In this document: positions 34,622 through 35,093 of the stretch, in pieces
Numbering within the stretch: the stretch's first letter is position 1
Layout: every line of letters begins with the position of its first letter
Virus record (IMG/VR): IMGVR_UViG_3300037483_000719
Coordinates: 1 to 35,093 of that record
From: a virus
Lineage: Duplodnaviria; Caudoviricetes
Strand: one strand, 5' to 3'
Length of the DNA stretch: 35,093 bases
Notes under the pieces: generated by a model
Seen by the model: the letters and a program-made list of their open reading frames with translations, nothing else
The model's database searches: none
What the model was told of the DNA's origin: nothing
Position numbers and translations under genes: made by a program

Positions 34622-34869
34622 TGTCTCGCGTGGCGGCTGTGGCCGGGGCTATCGTAGCCCTGGCCGGTCTGGTGATTCCGATTTACAACTACCTGAAGGG
34701 CAAGGCTTATGACAAGGCAATCAAGGATTACAAGGTGGCTCTGCTCAAGCGGGATAATGCTGTCAATGCTGATGAGCTGTATTATTGGGATGGCGTGTGC
34801 AAAGAGACTTCCGGAACGGCCCGTGGCCTATATCCCTTACGAGCGGCAAGTGATCTTAGGCGGTCCTAA
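34621..34869 (+). CDS. Putative inner-membrane spanin (Rz-like)
   Basis: N-terminal TM 'VAAVAGAIVALAGLVIPIY' followed by a helical periplasmic part. Overlapped by a lipoprotein gene. Confidence 0.5.
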   Translation: MSRVAAVAGAIVALAGLVIPIYNYLKGKAYDKAIKDYKVALLKRDNAVNADELYYWDGVCKETSGTARGLYPLRAASDLRRS

Positions 34870-34963
34870 TGAGGTACCTCCGATCCCGGCGTATCCCTGG
34901 GTACTGCTTCATCGCGGATATTTCAATGAGCTCAAGCAGTACGAGGATATTAAGCAGGAATGA
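34757..34963 (+). CDS. Putative outer-membrane lipoprotein spanin (Rz1-like)
   Basis: MLSMLMSCIIGMA-C lipobox-like signal and Pro-rich mature part, overlapping the upstream TM gene in another frame. Confidence 0.5.
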   Translation: MLSMLMSCIIGMACAKRLPERPVAYIPYERQVILGGPNEVPPIPAYPWVLLHRGYFNELKQYEDIKQE

Positions 34964-35093
34964 TGCACTTTTCTCCTTCCGAAATCCGAGGGTTTGACAT
35001 GGCCCCCAGGATTTTATTCTCTTGAGCAGGTAGATAGGATGGTTCAAATCATGAAACAGGAAGCCAAGAGATCCCCAAAGGCCCTGGTGATGA

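Noticed and set aside
1-35093. Alternative genetic code, prophage boundaries, or host assignment
   Set aside because: Genes are full length and tightly packed in the standard code, and no host genes or attL/attR junctions are visible. The host (a diderm bacterium judging by the spanin-like genes) cannot be named from sequence alone.

Overview
The whole 35 kb window is phage sequence with no recognisable host genes. It looks like most of a temperate, short-tailed (podovirus-like, BPP-1/epsilon15/T7-type virion module) dsDNA phage. Order on the + strand: partial ASCH-like gene, repeat-rich putative replication initiator, small and large (lambda GpA-type) terminase, T7-type portal, scaffold, major capsid, cement/decoration proteins, tail adaptor and nozzle, three ejection proteins (the largest is 2023 aa with an embedded RadC-like JAB domain), tail fibre/spike, holin-like and PnuC-like membrane proteins, and an i-type (destabilase-like) lysozyme. 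A divergent immunity region follows, apparently built from ribbon-helix-helix proteins. The early region carries an Acb2/Tad1-like sponge domain, several structured non-coding RNA candidates with boxA motifs, a tyrosine recombinase whose stop codon overlaps a dif-like 11-6-11 site, two DNA methyltransferase-like genes and a spanin-like pair. The most unusual observation is that two genes in the virion module, including the tail fibre, begin with classical cleavable Sec signal peptides. All product calls come from motif recognition and synteny by eye; no database searches were run.
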